A stretch of 64,000 nt of DNA from an uncultured virus (IMG/VR IMGVR_UViG_3300005573_000061) (lineage: Duplodnaviria; Heunggongvirae; Uroviricota; Caudoviricetes), in IMG/VR virus record IMGVR_UViG_3300005573_000061; one strand, 5' to 3'. The notes beneath the pieces are model-generated. The model was not told the origin of the DNA, ran no database searches, and worked only from the letters and a program-made list of their open reading frames with translations. Positions 60,097 through 64,000 of the stretch are shown here, in pieces. A program made the position numbers and the translations under genes. Within the stretch, counting starts at the first letter, position 1, and every line of letters begins with the position of its first letter.

Positions 60097-62510
60097 TACT
60101 TATCCAATCCTGTGTTGGAGTCATAGTCAGGATGCTTTACGTCATCTGCATGCAATAAATGACCCATGTCAGAAACTAGTATATCATTTTCTAAATGAAT
60201 AATTGTGTGTTGTTCTCCGTCATCATCCTGCACTACAAATGGCTCCAATTTTGAACCCTTCTGTAGATTCTGCTTAACCTCACGAGATTGTAACTCGTAA
60301 GCTGCTGCTAAAACATGAGAACATTTTCTATTCTTATATGGTGAATTGGGCGCTCTCATAGCGGCCAATGGACCATCCGGTCCAAAATCTCCCCAGGTAC
60401 AGTCACAAATCCAGCTAGCTATCTTAAAACCATTACGCTCAAAGACTATATGATAATCGCCATTGTCACCCCTGACATGCGCATACAGATACGGTAACCC
60501 CTCTTGTGGGGTTTCCAAAAGCTTTACTCGTCCCTCTTGACGTAGGCGCTTAGCTTTTTGCTGCACATCCCAATACGTGGCAATCTTGTCAATCTTAGCC
60601 TCAGATGAGAAATCAATAGGATCTTCATAAGATGAATGCTTAGGCAAGAAATAATCAGTCTTGGAGGGTGTGCCACCGTGTTGACCACCTTGACTCCATG
60701 GCACAGTAGCATCTGTCAAAGAATGCTTATCGCCAGAATGTGGGCCGGGTTGAGAAATAGGACAATTCTCTTGATCAATCCATTTCATGCGAGGACACAT
60801 ACCACGATCTTTTGGTACCCATACTGCGTAACCAGCTTGTGCAGTAGCCGCAGTATCTAACTTCTCGGGAAAATAGCAATGAGAATTGCGACGGAATCTG
60901 CAATTATGAGTATTCATACTGAAGGCTCGGAAAGAATGATCTTCTTCTACCTCTATGTCCCAAACCCAACCTTCATAATGAGACTTCTTTACTTCTGTAA
61001 TGCGCTGCCAAACACAATTATCTCTAATAAAATGACTTACCTTCTTTTGCTTGCCCTTATACCAAATGACCCTACGAGACTCCTTAGCATTATCGAATCC
61101 TTGAGTGGGAATATCAGGATTGATATTGGCACAAATACCCATTCGAGCCAAAATCTCTCTAATTTGATAGGGCATCATGCTTATGCTGGAGATAATTGAT
61201 CTACCATCTTGGCCCTCATGACCATCGGCATCCCTGTATCCTTCAATGAAAGCTCTCTGCTCACTCAAGGGAAGGGTCATAATATCTTGATGGATCGTTT
61301 TATCCATAGATCCATCACCAATCATTTCAGCTACCAATTTATTGAGTGCCCAATGTGCAACTCTAACTTTACTTGCATTTCGGTCGGCGTAATAAATAAC
61401 CGAACCTTCCACCCCAAAATAATTTTGAGCAATAGCTAATAAACGGTTGGTAATTGGTCCCCCGTCAGTGCCGACCTCAAACCAAACGTCGTATCCCCTC
61501 TTCTTTTGACAATGCCCATCACCCGCATAATATCCTAAGAGCCATGCAATCTCTTCGTCAATCTTAACCTCAAACTGTTGACAGTAATTAGCATCCCATG
61601 ATCGAACAGGACAATCATATATCTTTACTACAGGGATTTCTTCTACCATGATTGATCTAGAAAGATAGTCTCCTACTTGAAGATCCCCTATAGCCATCCA
61701 ATCCTGTTGAGGATCTAGTACGGTATCTCTCGATCCTGTATATCTTTGAATATATTCTTTACGTCTACCTTCAAGTCCCCAATGCGAATTAGCCGCCCAC
61801 ATCTTGTGCTGGGATGTGGCTGTAACAATCCTTGATGTATCTCCCTGTACCTTAATATGGGTTAATTCCCCTTCAAATGGTCTACATCCCACCCATGTAA
61901 CCTTACGCACCATTCCAGTATGGGTAATTACTTCATCACCTGCCTGGATCTGTGAAATAGGCTTTTCCGTACCGTCTGCCATTAATACAGGGGCATCAGG
62001 TAGATAGCACCAATCATAAGACCATTGACCACCAATGCCTGGTTCAATACCCTTAGGTGTCAATTGGTCTTTGATCCAAGTAAAAAAACCGGCCTCTCTC
62101 TCAGCTAGGCCAGAGCCTTCGCACACTAAGCACTTACGTCTTCCATAAGGCTCTTCACCAGATCCATTACAACGAGCACATGCAATCTTTTCTAAAGATG
62201 CATCTTTTTCATTCTCGTGTGAACCAAATCGTGCCTGTCCAAACTCTACTGGGTACTTGTCTTCATCCAGTGGCACACCCAATTGATTTTGTAGGCAACT
62301 ATCACACACCGTCATACCACCTACATCATGCGCCACTGGATTCATATTACACAAAGAACAACGTGCGTCAGTTTGTTTAGCAGCCACCTTAGCCGTATTA
62401 GGATAAGGATGGCGCTCCTCCAAAATTTCTTCAAGCTCAGGGTAATCTTGTGAAGCAATATGAAATTGTTCTTCCTCGGGATCTTCACCCCACAAGCTAG
62501 TAAAAGGCAT
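60096..62510 (-). CDS. Portal-adjacent protein with Zn fingers, intein and C-terminal SWIM-type Zn finger
   Basis: CARCNGSG..CLVCEGSG; SYDW|CRFRR extein junction; WICDCTW...CSHVLA. Confidence 0.75.
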   Translation of the reverse strand: MPFTSLWGEDPEEEQFHIASQDYPELEEILEERHPYPNTAKVAAKQTDARCSLCNMNPVAHDVGGMTVCDSCLQNQLGVPLDEDKYPVEFGQARFGSHENEKDASLEKIACARCNGSGEEPYGRRKCLVCEGSGLAEREAGFFTWIKDQLTPKGIEPGIGGQWSYDWCYLPDAPVLMADGTEKPISQIQAGDEVITHTGMVRKVTWVGCRPFEGELTHIKVQGDTSRIVTATSQHKMWAANSHWGLEGRRKEYIQRYTGSRDTVLDPQQDWMAIGDLQVGDYLSRSIMVEEIPVVKIYDCPVRSWDANYCQQFEVKIDEEIAWLLGYYAGDGHCQKKRGYDVWFEVGTDGGPITNRLLAIAQNYFGVEGSVIYYADRNASKVRVAHWALNKLVAEMIGDGSMDKTIHQDIMTLPLSEQRAFIEGYRDADGHEGQDGRSIISSISMMPYQIREILARMGICANINPDIPTQGFDNAKESRRVIWYKGKQKKVSHFIRDNCVWQRITEVKKSHYEGWVWDIEVEEDHSFRAFSMNTHNCRFRRNSHCYFPEKLDTAATAQAGYAVWVPKDRGMCPRMKWIDQENCPISQPGPHSGDKHSLTDATVPWSQGGQHGGTPSKTDYFLPKHSSYEDPIDFSSEAKIDKIATYWDVQQKAKRLRQEGRVKLLETPQEGLPYLYAHVRGDNGDYHIVFERNGFKIASWICDCTWGDFGPDGPLAAMRAPNSPYKNRKCSHVLAAAYELQSREVKQNLQKGSKLEPFVVQDDDGEQHTIIHLENDILVSDMGHLLHADDVKHPDYDSNTGLDK
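60903..62009 (-). mobile_element. Intein 4 (~369 aa, LAGLIDADG)
   Basis: CYLPDAPVLMADG...LLGYYAGDG...GYRDADG...VWDIEVEEDHSF...THN then Cys. Confidence 0.95.
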
Positions 62511-64000
62511 TATTCCATCTCGTATTCATATTTGTCGGGACCACTAATCAAACGATGTATACCCTCGGTAACTTCTATCTTTTCATCTCCCACCCACACC
62601 GCAGTTTTCTTAGACAGAGCCTTCTTCTTAAACGATGCCCCCTTAAGAATACTAGATGCCTTTGGCATATCTGCTCTACGCTCATCCGATTCAGGTGGAC
62701 GAGCAGGATATTGACCTGGCATAGGAATAACAACGCCTTGTGGTTGTGTAGCATCAGGAGCAGTGGGATCTGGCAATTGACCAGTTTGAGGATCAGGGGC
62801 TTCAGCAGCCATATAATCTTCAGGGGTTGGATTCAATGCAGGCTGCATAGTTGGGGGCATAGCCACCATATTAGGCATAGGCATAGGCATACTTTCTGTC
62901 CGAGGCTCTTGTGCATCCGCAGCCTTTGGTCGGAATGTATCCTCTAATTCTTGGGGCAAAGGATAGCCACGCTGAGAAAGCGCCAAGTAAGTTTCCTTCT
63001 GAACCTGAGCATCAGCCACAGCATCCTTTACACGCTCTTGAATTACCATCTCTCGCTCTTCGTCCAGATCAATAGGTACATTAATAAAGCGAGTACGAGC
63101 CGAAATAGCAATCCCCTGCTCCTGAGCCATATCAAACATCTGCTGACGAGTTACCTCATCCTTCATATCCATGGCCTTGATTTCTAATTCAGGTACTAAA
63201 AGCTTTGGTCGTTGGATAACTACTTGTTCGCCAGTTTCAGGATCCTTCTTTAATACCTCTTCTTGAATTAGATACTTTTCGCCATTCTCTTCACGATAGT
63301 CATAATGCTCTTGCGCTTCAGCTACAACAGCGGCACGCTGATAAAAGAATCTCTTTACGATCTTTTGCGCACGCTCTAGCAACTGACTCATAATATCTAA
63401 GTTAAGAGCATCAGCCGCATATGTTTCACCATCGCCTGCACCATTGAGCATAGTGCGAGACATACCGAATATCTGTAATTGACGTTCGGCCAAACGATCA
63501 AAATCTGGTCCCAAGTCAGGCATAACCTCACGACCAAAGACTGATTCCATATCTAGGGCAAAATGATGTGTAAGCACACGGAAGTCAGCGGACAGAGCGG
63601 CATCCAGAGACTCCTCAAAATTCGCTAGATCCATTGGAGTGGGTACCCATGGTATTTGGGTGCCCAGATCCGTTGCGGAGGCTCCTAATTTAGCCAGGAT
63701 TAAAGGCGTGTACAAACGAGATGCGATAGCATCCTGAGCAGCATTAAGCATTTCCTCTTGGAAAATGGCACGAAAGCCACGCATCAAGATAGGAATACCA
63801 CGAGGATGGAACGTATCAGCCTTGAATGCAATCTGCTTTAGAACTACATCCGAAACTGGCATACGAGCATCATCACCCATGAAGTGCATAAGCTCAGGAT
63901 ACTCTCCTACCAACTGCTCATATTCCCAACGTGGCTCACGCTCACGCAGAATCTTACGTAGCTGTTCCGGCAAGCGCATTTCAAAACGAGGGTGGCGCTT
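62510..64000 (-). CDS. Portal protein (5' part outside the window)
   Basis: HPRG.PIL.R.FR, AQDAIASRLYTPL..AKLG motifs resemble Bxz1-like portals; position heads the head module. Confidence 0.75.
   Translation of the reverse strand, partial: KRHPRFEMRLPEQLRKILREREPRWEYEQLVGEYPELMHFMGDDARMPVSDVVLKQIAFKADTFHPRGIPILMRGFRAIFQEEMLNAAQDAIASRLYTPLILAKLGASATDLGTQIPWVPTPMDLANFEESLDAALSADFRVLTHHFALDMESVFGREVMPDLGPDFDRLAERQLQIFGMSRTMLNGAGDGETYAADALNLDIMSQLLERAQKIVKRFFYQRAAVVAEAQEHYDYREENGEKYLIQEEVLKKDPETGEQVVIQRPKLLVPELEIKAMDMKDEVTRQQMFDMAQEQGIAISARTRFINVPIDLDEEREMVIQERVKDAVADAQVQKETYLALSQRGYPLPQELEDTFRPKAADAQEPRTESMPMPMPNMVAMPPTMQPALNPTPEDYMAAEAPDPQTGQLPDPTAPDATQPQGVVIPMPGQYPARPPESDERRADMPKASSILKGASFKKKALSKKTAVWVGDEKIEVTEGIHRLISGPDKYEYEME

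Overview
A 64-kb stretch of a large tailed-phage genome whose head genes resemble, by my recollection, Bxz1/cluster C-type actinobacteriophage myoviruses. An actinobacterial host is inferred from leaderless promoters and a DUF2786/TIGR04338 gene pair. Both ends are minus-strand virion modules. The left end (1-19 kb) holds a neck/adaptor-like gene, the major capsid protein, a giant 2565-aa prohead protease/scaffold protein and a lysin. The right end (52-64 kb) holds the portal, two head-associated multidomain proteins and tail-like proteins. The plus-strand middle (21-46 kb) carries many small genes behind repeated leaderless promoters, dCTP deaminase, about 30 tRNAs covering all 20 amino acids, several atypical tRNA-like or structured RNAs, HNH/EndoVII nucleases, two RNA ligases, phosphoesterases and a GT2 glycosyltransferase. 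The most notable feature is a set of head polyproteins that string enzymatic domains (ADP-ribosyltransferase-like, kinase-like, glycosylase-like) between short recurring [K/R/H]-x-[A/G/S] motifs. One domain sits in a GC-rich in-frame cassette bounded by a perfect 22-bp direct repeat, which suggests a modular capsid-cargo system. Four virion genes carry inteins. All protein family calls come from motif recognition by eye, not from database searches.
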